Assembly (NCBI RefSeq): GCF_018350175.1
Contig: NC_058368.1
Span: 238,578,001-238,642,000 of the forward strand
DNA from: Felis catus
Lineage: Eukaryota
DNA length: 64,000 nt
Direction: 5' to 3'
The position numbers and the translations under genes were made by a program. Of this stretch, positions 50,261 to 63,027 are shown in pieces. The stretch's first letter is position 1. Each line of letters starts with the position of its first letter. A model generated the notes under the pieces. It saw nothing but the letters and a program-made list of their open reading frames with translations. It was not told the origin of the DNA and ran no database searches.

Positions 50261-53019
50261 GGAGTGAGGGCCTCTGGGTAGTTGTCTGGCCCTTCATGTG
50301 TTTGGGCCTCCGTCCCTCCTCCCCACGTGATCGGGTTCTGGGATGGGCCTCTCCGGACCTCTCTCCCCACCTCCCGATCGAGATGGCCCCCAAGCCCCCT
50401 GGGCTATCAGCAACCTCCACGGGCTGGCGTCCCTGAGCCAGACTCTTGGGGGAGACGCTGTCCCTCAGTGAGAAGCGCCCAGAGGCTGGGAGGGTGGGGT
50501 TCCCACCTGTGGACATAGAAATCCCAAGGGCGTCCCAGCTGGAGCTCTTGATGGGATCAGTGCCCGGGAGGAGGACAGTCTCGGCTTGAGGACCGCAGGA
50601 GACACAGATACAGGTGAAGGTCCAGCCAGGTGAGGGCAGCCCAGGAATCCAGAGGGGCCCGGGAGGGAGCCCGGCCTGCAGGACAGCGCCGTGTGAGGGC
50701 CCAGGGCCCAGGGAGGGGGAAATCAGACCGTCGGATAGTCTGGGGCAGCACCCGTGTGTGGGGCCAGGAGGCAGCGGGCAGCGGAGACTGGGGCTGTGGA
50801 GAGGGCAGACGTGGGGCTGCCTGGCCATCCTGCTCCCTTGTCTACCCTGTGTGGTCACTGGGCCCGGGAGCTGGTTTCCGGAAGACTGGACGCCGCCGAG
50901 GAAGGCAGTGTCTGCCCGGGGCGCGATCCGCGAGCAGGACTGGGGAGGCCACAGTCGGCCGAGCCCAAACTTCAAGGAGGGACGTTACAGTAGGTCTGGG
51001 GGTTCCAGTCATGCCTTGGAGCAGTTTCTGGAACTTCAAGTGAGGCTCAGAGAGGACACTTTGCCTCCGTGTGGGATGACGTGAGAGGATGGGGAGGGGC
51101 CGGGAATGGGTGCCCCCAGTGCCACACCCCTGCTCCCCTGCTCCCCTGCTCCCCTCACACAGACCTCGGCAGGAGGGTGGCAGGGTGGGGGAAACGGAGT
51201 CCTGGGCACATGAAGTCCTCCTAGGCTGGAGGCCGAGCGGAGACCGACCCCTGGCTTCTTTCCTCCCCGCTGCTGCCACCAGGCCCCTCTGACGGCAACT
51301 CCTGCCTGTCCCCAGCCCCCCACGAGGTTCTACCAGCCTCTCCCCAGGGTGGCACCCTTCCCCCCTGGGGGATCCAGGGCCCATCGAGGGCTGGGGGTGG
51401 GGGTGGGGTGGTTGCTGAAAAAGCCCAGACCCCAGAGCAGGAGCCCAGAGAAAGTCAGAGGACAGTGGGCCCTGGGCTCCAGGGGGCCCTGACATGTAGG
51501 GGGGTCCTCACATCTGTCCACCTGGCCCCAGGGCCTGTGGGGGCAGAGGGCAGTCCTGCCCACACGCTGTCACTAGGTCCTCCCCGCTGCGGGCATTCCC
51601 AGAACCCGGTCAAATTGTTTTCAAGGGGACGCACTCGATTAACCATCAACCTGGGAAAATGACTTCTCAGTGGACTCTGGGCTGCTGGTACTTTTCCAGA
51701 GGCACTGTGCCCCAGTCCCCACCCAGTGTCCCTGGGGAGAGTTCCCAAGCTGTGGCAGAAGGAGTCCAGGAACCCCACCTTTGCACCTGTGGCCTTATGG
51801 GGGTCCCCCCGCAGCACCCCGCAAGGCACCATCCCAGTTCCCAGTTCAGACCCCTTCTCCCCAGACCTCCCGCCCCCCCCACCCCCCCAGGCTCAGTCCA
51901 GAGCACTCCCAGTGCCTTCCTGCACTCCCAGCGCTCAGTGATGTTCCAGATCCCTCCTCAGGGCTTGAGGGACCCGGCCCTGGGGCTGCCCCTGACTCCC
52001 TCCCCACTGCGGACCCTTAGGTGCACACAGATGACACAGAGTAGGTCCAGGGGCTCTGCCTGTGGGAGGGGTGCCCCGAGCCCACACGTCAGTGCATTTG
52101 TGCTCTCGAGCTGACCACGGAGGCTTCGGCAGGGCACCAGGGCGCAAGCCAGCTGGTTTCCGGGGAGCAGGGCAGCCGCGCGTGAGCATGTCGGTCACTA
52201 AAAGGACATTTGGCTTCAGGCTCCTCGTGTGGACCTTTGACAGGCAGAGTGAGCCTGTGGGGCAGGCTTGCTGTGAACAGGTGCACGTTCAGGAATGTAG
52301 GTGGGGGTGGGGAGCGCGTTCAGCACCGTTTCTCCAGGGACCAGGGCTGGCTGCGCGCAAGGCACCAAGCGGCAGACCGTACCCGGAGCCCAGCAGACCG
52401 CGGGACGGAGCGGTGATGCTCGCACCCTGCCCGCCCGGGTTTGCTGTGCTCCCACGGCACTTACTCGCCTGCCTTCCGTGAGGGGCCACAGCTGAGCAAA
52501 CGGGGGCGCGTCTATATGGCCGTGCTCATAACACCCTCCACACCACAGCCCGGGGCGGCCCTCCCACGGGGGTGACGAAGCGCTCCCTGGGCACCGCTCC
52601 GTGCGGGCGCCCTGTGTGCCTCACGGGACAGCAGACACCGGCCACGATCACTGCCTGCGTCCGCGGAAGTGAGCGGGAGAGGAGAGGAGCCCGCGAGGAG
52701 CCCCAGGGACCCCACAGTCAAGGATGACCACGGGAGTCAGGTCTGGAGAACAGGCCAGAGAGATGAGCAGGGGGCAGGCCCGCAGGGTGGGGTTCATCGC
52801 CCAGAGAGTGAGAATTATTCCACGCCGGGAGGCAGGGTGAGGAGACCCCTCAGAGGTCCCGCCTGTGGGAGAAGTATGAATGGAGAGGGCAGGGGGAGGC
52901 CGTGGCCCAGGGAGGGAGCACTGGGGATGGGCTCACTTGGGCACAGACGGGACCCGAGATTGGCAAAGGGGAGTGGGCTAAGAAGACCCCATCTCCCAAG
53001 ATGCAGCTGCCCCGGTATA

Positions 53020-55380
53020 GGTGTGGCAGGTGTCCTCCTGAAGACAAAGCTGCCCTCCTCCCCCCGCCCAGCCTCACTCCCCCCCCCCCCCCGCAGCACA
53101 GGTGCAGGCGTCCTTCTGAAGAGGCAGCCACCCTCCCCCCCAGCCTCACCCCCCCCCAGCACAGGTGCAGCAGGTGTCCTCCTGAAGACGCAGCCACCCT
53201 CCCCCCCAGCCTCACCCCTCCAGGACAGGTACAGCAGGTGTCCTCCTGAAGACACAGCGCCCTCCCCCCCAGCCTCACCCCCCCAGCACAGGCGCAGCAG
53301 GTGTCCTCCTGATGATGCAGCACCCTCCCCCCCAGCCTCGCCCCCCCCAGCACAGGTGCAGGCATCCTCCTGAAGAGGCAGCGCTCTCCCCCCGCAGCCT
53401 CACCCCCCCCAGCACAGGTGCAGGCATCCTCCTGAAGAGGCAGCCACCCTCCCCCCGAAGCCTCACCCCCCCCAGCACAGGTGCAGGCATCCTCCTGAAG
53501 AGGCAACCACCCTCCCCCCCAGCCTCACCCCTCCAGCACAGGTGCAGCAGGCGTCCTCCTGAAGAGGCAGCCACCCTCCCCCCCAGCCTCACCCCCCCCA
53601 GCACAGGTGCAGGCGTCCTCCTGAAGAGGCAGCGCTCTCCCCCCGCAGCCTCACCCCCCCCAGCACAGGTGCAGGCGTCCTCCTGAAGAGGCAGCGCTCT
53701 CCCCCCGCAGCCTCACCCCCCCCAGCACAGGTGCAGGCATCCTCCTGAAGAGGCAGCGCTCTCCCCCCGCAGCCTCACCCCCCCCAGCACAGGTGTAGGC
53801 ATCCTCCTGAAGAGGCAGCCACCCTTCCCCGCAGCCTCACCCCCCCAGCACAGGTGCAGGCATCCTCCTGAAGAGGCAACCACCCTCCCCCCCAGCCTCA
53901 CCCCTCCAGCACAGGTGCAGCAGGCGTCCTCCTGAAGAGGCAGCCACCCTCCCCCCCAGCCTCACCCCCCCCAGCACAGGTGCAGGCGTCCTCCTGAAGA
54001 GGCAGCGCTCTCCCCCCGCAGCCTCACCCCCCCCAGCACAGGTGCAGGCGTCCTCCTGAAGAGGCAGCGCTCTCCCCCCGCAGCCTCACCCCCCCCAGCA
54101 CAGGTGCAGGCATCCTCCTGAAGAGGCAGCGCTCTCCCCCCCCAGCCTCACCCCCCCAACACAGGTGCAGCAGGTGTCCTCCTGAAGACGCAGCCACCCT
54201 CCCCCCCAGCCTCACCCCTCCAGGACAGGTACAGCAGGTGTCCTCCTGAAGACACAGCGCCCTCCCCCCCAGCCTCACCCCCCCAGCACAGGCGCAGCAG
54301 GTGTCCTCCTGATGATGCAGCACCCTCCCCCCCAGCCTCGCCCCCCCCCAGCACAGGTGCAGGCATCCTCCTGAAGAGGCAGCGCTCTCCCCCCCCAGCC
54401 TCACCCCCCCAACACAGGTGCAGCAGGTGTCCTCCTGAAGACGCAGCCACCCTCCCCCCCAGCCTCACCCCTCCAGGACAGGTACAGCAGGTGTCCTCCT
54501 GAAGACACAGCGCCCTCCCCCCCAGCCTCACCCCCCCAGCACAGGCGCAGCAGGTGTCCTCCTGATGATGCAGCACCCTCCCCCCCAGCCTCGCCCCCCC
54601 CCAGCACAGGTGCAGGCATCCTCCTGAAGAGGCAGCGCTCTCCCCCCGCAGCCTCACCCCCCCCAGCACAGGTGCAGGCATCCTCCTGAAGAGGCAGCCA
54701 CCCTCCCCCGAAGCCTCACCCCCCCCAGCACAGGTGCAGGCATCCTCCTGAAGAGGCAACCACCCTCCCCCCCAGCCTCACCCCTCCAGCACAGGTGCAG
54801 CAGGCGTCCTCCTGAAGAGGCAGCCACCCTCCCCCGAAGCCTCACCCCCCCAGCACAGGTGCAGGCGTCCTCCTGAAGAGGCAGCCACCCTCCCCCCCAG
54901 CCTCACCCCCCCAGCACAGGTGCAGGCATCCTCCTGAAAACGCAGCGCTCTCCCCCCGCAGCCTCACCCCCCCCAGCACAGGTGCAGGCATCCTCCTGAA
55001 GAGGCAGCCACCCTCCCCCCCAGCCTCACCCCCCCCAGCACAGGTGCAGCAGGCGTCCTCCTGAAGACGCAGCGCCCTCCCCCCCCAGCCTCACCCCCCA
55101 GCACAGGTGCAGCAGGCATCCTCCTGAAGACGCAGCGCACTCCCCCCCAGCCTCACCCCCTGCCCAGCACAGGTGCAGGTGTCCTCCTGAAGAGGCAGCC
55201 ACCCTCCCCCCCAGCCTCACCCCCCCCAGCACAGGTGCAGGCGTCCTCCTGAAGAGGCAGCCACCCTCCCCCCCAGCCTCACCCCCCCCCAGCCTCACCC
55301 CCCCCCAGCCAGGTGCAGCAGGCGTCCTCCTGAAGACGCAGCGCCCTCCCCCCCAGTCCCAGGTGCAGGCGTGGCAGGTG
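53020..55380. repeat. ~62-bp minisatellite (cagcacaggtgcaggcrtcctcctgaagaggcagc...cagcctcacccccc), ~38 units
   Basis: Near-identical tandem units across ~2.4 kb. Confidence 0.98.
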
Positions 55381-56936
55381 TTCCCCGCGACTCCATCGCA
55401 GCTGCTGGAGGACGCAGAATGGAGGTGGCTGGGGGTCAGTGACTGGGTCACGGCGCCCGCGGCTAGAAGCCAGAGTGGGTCTTTAAAAGGTGAGTGAAGA
55501 GGAAGATGGAGAGGACGCCCCGAATGGAGCGTCACCTCCTCACGTTAAACCGCACCTTTCCCAGGAGCTCATGAAGACAGAAGTTAATTCCTTCAGGAGA
55601 GTTGCCCTGACCGAGGGGAGAGGAGACCAGAACAAGCCAGGCGACAGGCAGGTGTTGGGTCCTCAGCCCACCTGCCCCTCAGGCTGTAGGGGAGAGGCCG
55701 AGAGAGGCACAGGAGGGGCTGCGGAGGGGCGGAGGGGGTGGGTCTGAGGGTCAAGAGCCACTCCGGGCTTCTGGAGGCTTCCGGCAGGTCTGGAGGTGTG
55801 GGCACCTTGAAGGGCTGGGCGGAGGAGGGGGGCAGTAAATCAAGCAGGAGCTCCCAGAGCTCCTGGGGACCCTCTTTTGAGACACAGGGTCAGAGAGCAC
55901 CCCTGGGGGAGATGTGGGGCCGGCCTGGAGCGGTATTCAGGAAGCTTGGAGGATGGGGACAGGAGGGTCACCCACCGCCCTCGCACTTTCACCGGGGCTG
56001 TGTCTAAGGTTGGTGCTTGGGAGAAGGTTCTAGGTGAGGGAGAGGACAGGTGAGGGCAATGGGGGAAGGTTGACGACGGAGGCGAGCCTGCCCAGGATGT
56101 CAGGCCCTGAGGCAGGCTGGCCAAGGTCCGACTGGGGAGAGGCCAAGGGCACTGAGCAGTCCAGCTGGCAGCACAGCCCTGGACTCTGGGGCCGGACTCG
56201 GGGCTGGGGGTCAGACTGGACCCCGGGAGCAGGGGGTGGGGGTGGGGAGCGGTAGGCCTGGGGTGTGATCTTTGGTGGTGGCCAAGGTTCAGAGGGCAAG
56301 GTCACTGGCTGGGAGGCTGGAGGGTGGGGTGGGCAATGCCTGAGTCAGCTCTCCGAACAGGTAAGGAGCTGAGAAAGTTGTCACATAGGGCAGAGAGCCT
56401 GGCCAGAGTCTTAGGAAGAGGGACCCCGACTCAGAGAGGTCAGAGGTCAGAGGTCAGAGGGAGGGAGAGGAGTAGCTTGGGCGGCGGTCTGGGAAAGGCA
56501 GAGTCGGTGATGGCGGGGAGCAGGGCAGACCCTAAAGTCCAAGGGGCATCCGGGGACACACCTTCCTAATGTTCTCAGCCAAGCGCCCCTTGGTTCTCTC
56601 TCCACGCTCAGGAGCCCAAGCGTCTCTCCAGGGACAACTACAGGCTCCTTGCTGGCATCGCGTCACGTGAGAGAAGCCAGGTCCTCCCCTCCCCCTGTCA
56701 CCAGCCGGGGACTCCGTCTAGGATCAGCCCCCGAGACCCATCCCTCCGGGTTCAGCGGGGCAAGGCCTAACCCCGCCACAGACCTTCAACTTCAGCGAAA
56801 ACCCGGCAGAAACCGTAAAACACTGGAACAGCTTTTTTGGGTCTTGGGAGATGGAGACAGAAAGTGCCCTGCGGCAGAGAGTTTATAAGGGCCAGAGCCA
56901 CAGGCTTAAGGAAGTCCTTTGGAAAGAATCGCTATC

Positions 56937-57141
56937 GGGGTGCCCAGGGGGCTCAGCCAGTTGAGAGGCCAACTTCGGCTCAGGTCATGATCTCACGGTC
57001 CGTGAGTTCGAGCCCCACGTCGGGCTCTGTGCTGACAGCTTGGAGCCTGGAGTCTGCTTCGGATTCTGTGTCTCCCTCTCTCTCTGCCCCTCCTGCCCCT
57101 CACTCTCAAAAATAAAACAAACGTTAAAAATTAAAAAAAGA
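56937..57141 (+). mobile_element. Felid-type Can-SINE
   Basis: ggggtgcccagggggctcag head, gagttcgagcccc, A tail, gaaagaat on both flanks. Confidence 0.92.
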
Positions 57142-57278
57142 AAGAATTGGCGGCTGGTGTAGGCAAATATAATGAATGTGGCTCTACATGAGACAGGTCA
57201 CCGTGCTGGGTGCTGGGCGCAGGTTCAGTGATCCGCACGGGATGTGCCGGCTGGGCAGGTCTACAAGCTCCCGTCCCA

Positions 57279-57471
57279 GGGCGCCTGGGGGCTCCGTCGG
57301 TGAAGGGCCCGACTCTTGGTTTTAGTTTAGGTCATGATCTCAGTTTGTGAGTTCAAGCCCCAAGTCAGGCTCTGTGCTGACAGATCCTCTCTCTCTGCCC
57401 CTCTCTTCTGCTCCCCCCGCCCCCACCCCCCGCTTGTGCCCTCTGTGTCTCAAAATAAACTCACTTTAAAA
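57279..57471 (+). mobile_element. Older Can-SINE
   Basis: gggcgcctgggg head, gagttcaagcccc, caaaataaac tail. Confidence 0.85.
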
Positions 57472-58364
57472 GCTCAGGTCACATGCAGGTGTGGGCTCCA
57501 CACCAGCTTGGGGCCATCTGTGTTCTTCGCATCAGCACAGCTCCGAGCCCGAGTCTGGCCTGCCTGGCAAGCTCCCCAGGACAGCCGCACGCCTGACTCA
57601 GACCATCCGGGACTCTGCCCGCAAGACTGGATGGCCCGCAGAGGGCGTGCGGAGCCCGCGTGTGGACTGGAGAAGAGTGAGGGGCGCGAGGCCCCTGGGG
57701 ACGAGGGGCCCCCGGCGGTGGTGACGGGTGGCACTCGCCCCACAGAGTGACGGGTGTACTCCCTCCAGGCCCCGGGGACTTGGGGGACACTTGGGGGCTC
57801 ACAGCCCGCAGGAGACGGACGGCGGGGTAGGAGCCCCTGGCGCTTACGCGGTGCTGGCCGAGGTCACTGACTCGAGAGCGCTCAGCTCTCGGTGCTTACT
57901 TTAAAAGCTGCCCTGGGAAGAGCAAGACAGAACGGGTGAGGGGGCTCCCGAGCTCGGGTCGTGTCCAAATGTCCACACTCCGGATGCCAGCAGGTGGCCA
58001 CTCGTCACGGGCTCGGGCAGCAGCTCAGAAGGAGTGGTTTTTCTCATCACCGCGGGGCCATCCAGGGACCCACCCGCCCCCCACCCCCGCCGGCCTGCAG
58101 CAAGCCAGGGAAGGGTGCAGGGGTCGGGGCGCCAGGGGAGGGTCGGCTGCCCTTGGTTCCAGCAAAGCCACCGGCTGAGCAGTAACGGGGAAAGGAGGGT
58201 CCCGGCACATCCTCTGCTCTGAGCCACCGCCGTCCTAGGAAATACTCCAGCAGGCAGCCAGACCACCTCTGTGGGCAGCCCCTCCTGCTGGAGGAGGGGA
58301 TGGGGCCCTGTCCCTTCAGGTTCCCCAGACCCTGTGCACTAGGGGGTGATACGCTCAGCCGAGG

Positions 58365-58765
58365 GGGCTTCAGGGAAGGGGGTCCTGAGGAGGGGGAGGG
58401 GGTCTTGACGAGGAGGAGGGGTCCTTGAGGAGGGGGGAGGGGCCCCTGAGGAGGGGGAGAGGTCCCCGAGGAGCGAGAGGGGGGTTCTGTGGAGGGGGGA
58501 GGGGTCCCAGAGGAAGGGGAGGGGGAGGGGGTCCTGTGGGGGGGAGGGGTCCCTGAGGAGGGGGAAGGGTCCCGAGGAGGGGGAGGGGGTCTTGAGGAGG
58601 AAGAGGGGACCCCAAGGAGGGGGAAAGGATCCCATGGAAGGAAAGGGGCCCCTGAGGAAGGGGAGGGGCCCCTGAGGAAGAGGAGGGGCCCCTGAGGAGG
58701 GGCGGGGAGGGGTCCCTAAGGAGGGGGAAGGGGTCCCGTGGAGGGGGAGGCAGCAGAGGAGACCC
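58365..58765. repeat. G-rich degenerate ~20-bp repeat (gaggagggggargggtccct)
   Basis: Tandem GGGGG-containing units. Confidence 0.85.
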
Positions 58766-59689
58766 CGTGGAGCAGAAACCCCCCACCGCAGCACAGATAC
58801 ACCCAGAACAAGGAGTGTGTGACCCGGGTGACCAGACCCCAGGAATGGCGCATCTCTGCCCCGGGGGAGACCCCTGGGAGGGATGGGGAGAGGCCCGCTT
58901 CTTCTCTCCAATCGGGAAACCCGACGCAGCTGCCCAGACTGCCTTCCGTCTTTCCGCAGGGGTGCAGGTGGGCACAGAGGACGTGGGGTCGGGGGGCTTC
59001 TCCTGCCACCTGCGAAGCTAGGGCCCCCCTCTGGGCCTGCTCCCCTCCTCCGGTGATAGTTTAAGTGACTCCTCTGTGACAGGGACCATTAAAGGCCACC
59101 ATGTGTTTTGAAAGCCCCCTCTAAGCTGTGCGCTTATTCCCTGACTTCACGCTCTGCTTAGACAGTAAACACTGGCGTCTCTATTTGACGGGCGGCAGCG
59201 TGGGAGCCAGCCCGGTGACATTCACAGACTCAGACGCACACGCTGGAGAGTAAGGGTGCCACCAGCCCCACCTCAGACATGGATGGGACCCCAGTGACGG
59301 TCTTCCAGATCTGGGTGTCGTGTTGGGACAAGCAGGGCAACCAGGGGAAGGCACGGCATCAGTGAGAGCCCAGCCTCCTCCCTCCCTCCCTCTCTCCCTC
59401 CCGACCTCCCTCCCTCCCAGCCTCCTCCCTCCCTCCCTCCCTCCCTCCCTTCCTCCCAGCCTCCTCCCTCCCAGCCTCCTTCTGCTCCTGCCCTGCCAGC
59501 CACAGCATGGGTGATAGAGAAGCCACCACTGCAGCTTCCCCTTCCAGGAGAGCTGAGTTGGCCGTCGGAGGCCTCCCGTCGCTCTGAGCTCTCCACACAG
59601 GTCCTCATGGACTCGGTGCCCCGCCCCCGGGGAGCCCCACCGTGCACCCCCCCAGCCCTGTGCATTTTACATGCACCAATGCCCTTGGA

Positions 59690-59775
59690 GGTGGGAGCTG
59701 CCAGTGTTCTCACTTACCAGATGAGGAAACTGAGACACGACAACGTTAAAGACCTGGTCCCGAATCATGGCCGGT
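59690..59775 (+). mobile_element. MIR core
   Basis: cagatgaggaaactgaga is the MIR core motif. Confidence 0.7.
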
Positions 59776-60419
59776 CATGCCCCGCGCCCGTCTGCCAACT
59801 CCTGGAGGGTGGGAACCATTCTGCTCCCATCCGTGTTCCTCACCAGGACGGAGATGACCCCAGAGCACCTGAGTCAGGTCTGGTGCCTGAACGAAGTGGT
59901 GGGAGCACGGATGGACGGAGGGACGGCGGGTGAACGAATGCGCACAGGAAGGGCCGACGCGTGACTGACACAGCTTCTCGTGGACTTGGTCTGGGACAGG
60001 CTCACGGACGGCCCAGCTCCAGCCCCGCCCCCAGACCTGTCCACACAGGGGTGCACGGGGATCCGTGCCAGGGACTGGGCCAGGAGTGTGGAGAGGGCGC
60101 CCAGCAGGGCAAGGAAGCAAATGGAGGAGACCTGCTGGGTGGGTCCCAGCCCCCACTTCAGCCCTGCAGTCCCCCAGAGCCCCTCTGGACAGAGGCCCAG
60201 GAGACAGGGGAGAAAGGGGCATGCAGGTGCGTGCCCAGCGCGCAGAGCTGAGCGGGATTCAAGGGGGGCCGGAGCGGAGATGACACCGAATAACTGCGCA
60301 GATCCTGGCAAACAGCTCCCTGCAGAGGGGCTTGTTCTGGAGCCCAGGGAGGTGTCCTCGTGGCCCCGAGGCCCAGGCAGGGGCGGGGACGAAAGGCGGC
60401 ACGTGGGGGAAGTTTTCCA

Positions 60420-60770
60420 GAAACCAGTGACCCTTTGAGCGGGACCTCCTCCTCGAATAAAGAGCCAACATCCCATCTTCCCTGGGGCTAGGGGTGTCCA
60501 CAAGAAAGAGTATACGGAAGGCAGGTGTGCAACCCCTCGGGAGTGTTCCTAGAGGGAGGGGAGGCCCTCTCTGTCCCCTTCCTCCTTTCTGCTGGCTGGA
60601 AGGCACATGGGATGACTGGAGTCTCAGCAGCCATCTCGGGCCATAAGGATGAAGCCCCTGCTGCTGACACCGGAGCAGTGAGTCAGAGAGACCGAGGAGC
60701 CTGTGTCCCTGACACCTGGAGCCCTGCACTGGCCCTGTGCCCCTCCTATGGGCTTCTCTGATGAGAGAGA
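60420..60770 (+). mobile_element. Old MaLR LTR relic (MLT1J/K-like)
   Basis: The reverse strand reads gatggctgctgagactccagtcatc...cacccctagccccagggaagatgggatgt. Confidence 0.55.
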
Positions 60771-60929
60771 AACAAGCTTGGGCGAGTCTAAGGCACTTGG
60801 GGGGGAGCAGGAGAGGGGGTTACGTGCACTTCCTCTCCTGGCGGAACAGTCACTGTCCTCCAGGAAGCTTTGCTGATGCGCTGTCTGCATAAACCAGCAG
60901 AGGGCGCACACACTCAGAGAAAACGAGGT

Positions 60930-61060
60930 CACACACACGCGCGTGCACGCACGTCTGCAGGTGCACACACACACACACACACACACACGCCTGGAGGTGC
61001 ACACACGCACGTGCACACGCACCTGCAGGTGCACATACATGCGCACGCGCACACACACGG
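60930..61060. repeat. (CA)n microsatellite with degenerate flanks
   Basis: Pure (ca) run at ~60964-60988. Confidence 0.9.
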
Positions 61061-62207
61061 CCCCCACGACTCCCCTTGGGACTGAAGTTTGTAGACCAGT
61101 GATGAAAGCTGCACAGATCCACCAGCACCGAGAAGTCCCGGCGTTATGAGCGCTACCGGTCAGCGCACAGATGCGAACTTCACAGACCACAGAGTAAGGC
61201 AGTGACGTCACTGGGCACCAGGAAGAGCAGGGCCATCAGATGTGATCTGCCCTTGAGCTTCTCGGCCTCGAGGACGGTAGCTGAGGAGGGAAAGGGTCAC
61301 ATTCTGTGAGAACGTGGCCTGGCCCCTGGGGAGGCTGGTTGGGAGCCCCTCACCCCGGGTTCTGCAGGCTGAGGTCAGGCGGAGCCCCGTCCCGGAGTCA
61401 CCCTGCTTCCTGGACCAGGGGTGGCCTTTCTTTGTCCACGTGGGGGTCTGAGGGTGGCCTCCGCCATTCCCTCCGCCCGGCCCCTCCCCAAACTGGGGCC
61501 CAGGTGACCTCTGGAGGCAAGAAAGGGGCCGCTGGGCCGTGGGAAGGGAGGTGGGCGCAAGACGGGTCAGAGAGCTCCCTGAAACGGGCCGGGAAGAGGG
61601 GCTTCAAGCACCTGCTGTGGGGACAGCGGAGGGGGGGATCCCGGGGGGGGGACACTTCCCACTGATGTTGTCCTTCCTGGTAATATACCTGTGAGAGACC
61701 GACCCTCAGGAGGAGTGACCCTCTGACCCATGACCTGCAGCCCGTCGTCTATGGCAACCGGCCAGGGTGCCCCGCAGCCCAGCCAGCTCTGCCCCAGGTC
61801 CCCCCTGGTTGATGCCCACGACCGGCCTCCGCCTCCTTGGAAGACCACCCGTGGGCCCTGGGCCTCCACAGTGCCTATGCCGCGTGAAGCCCGGGTCGGG
61901 GCGCCTCAGCGGCGCAGACCCCGGGGAAGGCCCAGTGAAGCCGAACTTGGAGCCGAAGGAGGAGGGTCTCGGACGCCCTGCCGTCGGCGGACAGCCTCCC
62001 GCCAGCTCCCCGAGGCCCCCTCACACCCCGTCGCCTCCACAGCGGCTGACGCTGAGCCCCCAGCTGGGTCACCCAGTGCCAGAGGGACGTGTGAAGTGAT
62101 GTCCTCAACCGGGCTGACCGGGGGCCAGAGGGGGGTGCCACCGGGAGGGCTCTTGGGGATCATCACAGCAGAGGGATCTGGACACGGAAGGCTTTGCAGC
62201 TCAGTTT

Positions 62208-63027
62208 GTATTTTTTCATCCATTTTTTTCCTGCTGCAAGAGCTTTATTGTTTCCCTTTGGTCCACGGCTCTGGAGCCGGCTCCCGCGAGCTTGGAAAAC
62301 TGCCATGTGACCACAGGGAGAGGCTCAGGCACCAGTCGCGGCTCCGGGGGGACACCACAGGGGCCCCTCAGAGACTGCTGGGCTCGGAGGCTCCCAGTCG
62401 TGCTTGAGGATGAGGCCTTCAAAGGGATGCTGGCCTCGCCCAGCCTGGGAGCAGCCGGCCTGCAGAGGCAGGTGAGGGGGTCGCCCATCTCCTTGACAGT
62501 TCTCCTCCTCATCCAGGAAGGGCTCACCAGGAAGTCACAGAGCTGGGGGGCTGTGTGGGCAGGACCAGGGCACGCAGAGCCCAATGGGCCTGGTTCAGGC
62601 TCTTCTCCAGAAGCAGGCGGCTTCCCCGGCGCCCGGGGTTTGTCCCCCTCGTCCGGGAACGGTTTCCGCACATCCTGGAAGAGGGCACGGCCGTCGCGCT
62701 GATATTGTGTCTTTGAGAGATGCCCACGCCCTCCAGAGCCACGTGGTCGTGGTGGAGACAGCAGAGGGCCCGGAGAGAGGGAGACGGGGGCCCACAGGTG
62801 CACGTGGACCAGGCGGTTGACCGCGGCCTCCACCTCAGGGGAGTCGTTCTGACGAATCTGGTAAAACAGGGTGTTGCAGGGGGTGGCCGGGAAGACGGCT
62901 CGAAGGCGGAGACTGGAAAACAGGTTGGAGGGTGGTCGGAGGCCGGGAGACGGGGCGTCCCTGGGTCTGTTCTGTCCAAACACCGTTGAAGCAGGAGGCA
63001 GATCCGCGGGACCACGGGCGCATCGCG
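62208..63027 (-). pseudogene. FTL: Processed pseudogene (retrocopy) of ferritin light chain (FTL)
   Basis: Intronless fragments QIRQNDSPEVEAAVNRLVHVHL / DHVALEGVG / QYQRDGRALFQDVRKP / LLEKSLNQA / PQLCDFL / KEMGDPLT / LKHD (62394-62860); FTL 5' UTR with IRE; AATAAA at 62244-62249; A-rich tail; TSD GCAGCTCAGTTT at 62196-62207 and 63028-63039; ATG deleted, frameshifts present. Confidence 0.95.
62966..63002 (-). promoter_or_regulatory. Iron-responsive element relic in the FTL retrocopy (loop mutated)
   Basis: - strand TCTGCCTCCTGCTTCAA-CGGTGT-TTGGACAGAACAGA versus FTL IRE ...TGCTTCAA-CAGTGT-TTGGA... Confidence 0.9.

Noticed and set aside
53020..55380. CRISPR-like repeat array
   Set aside because: Units are contiguous with no unique spacers, there are no cas genes, and the context is mammalian; it is a minisatellite.
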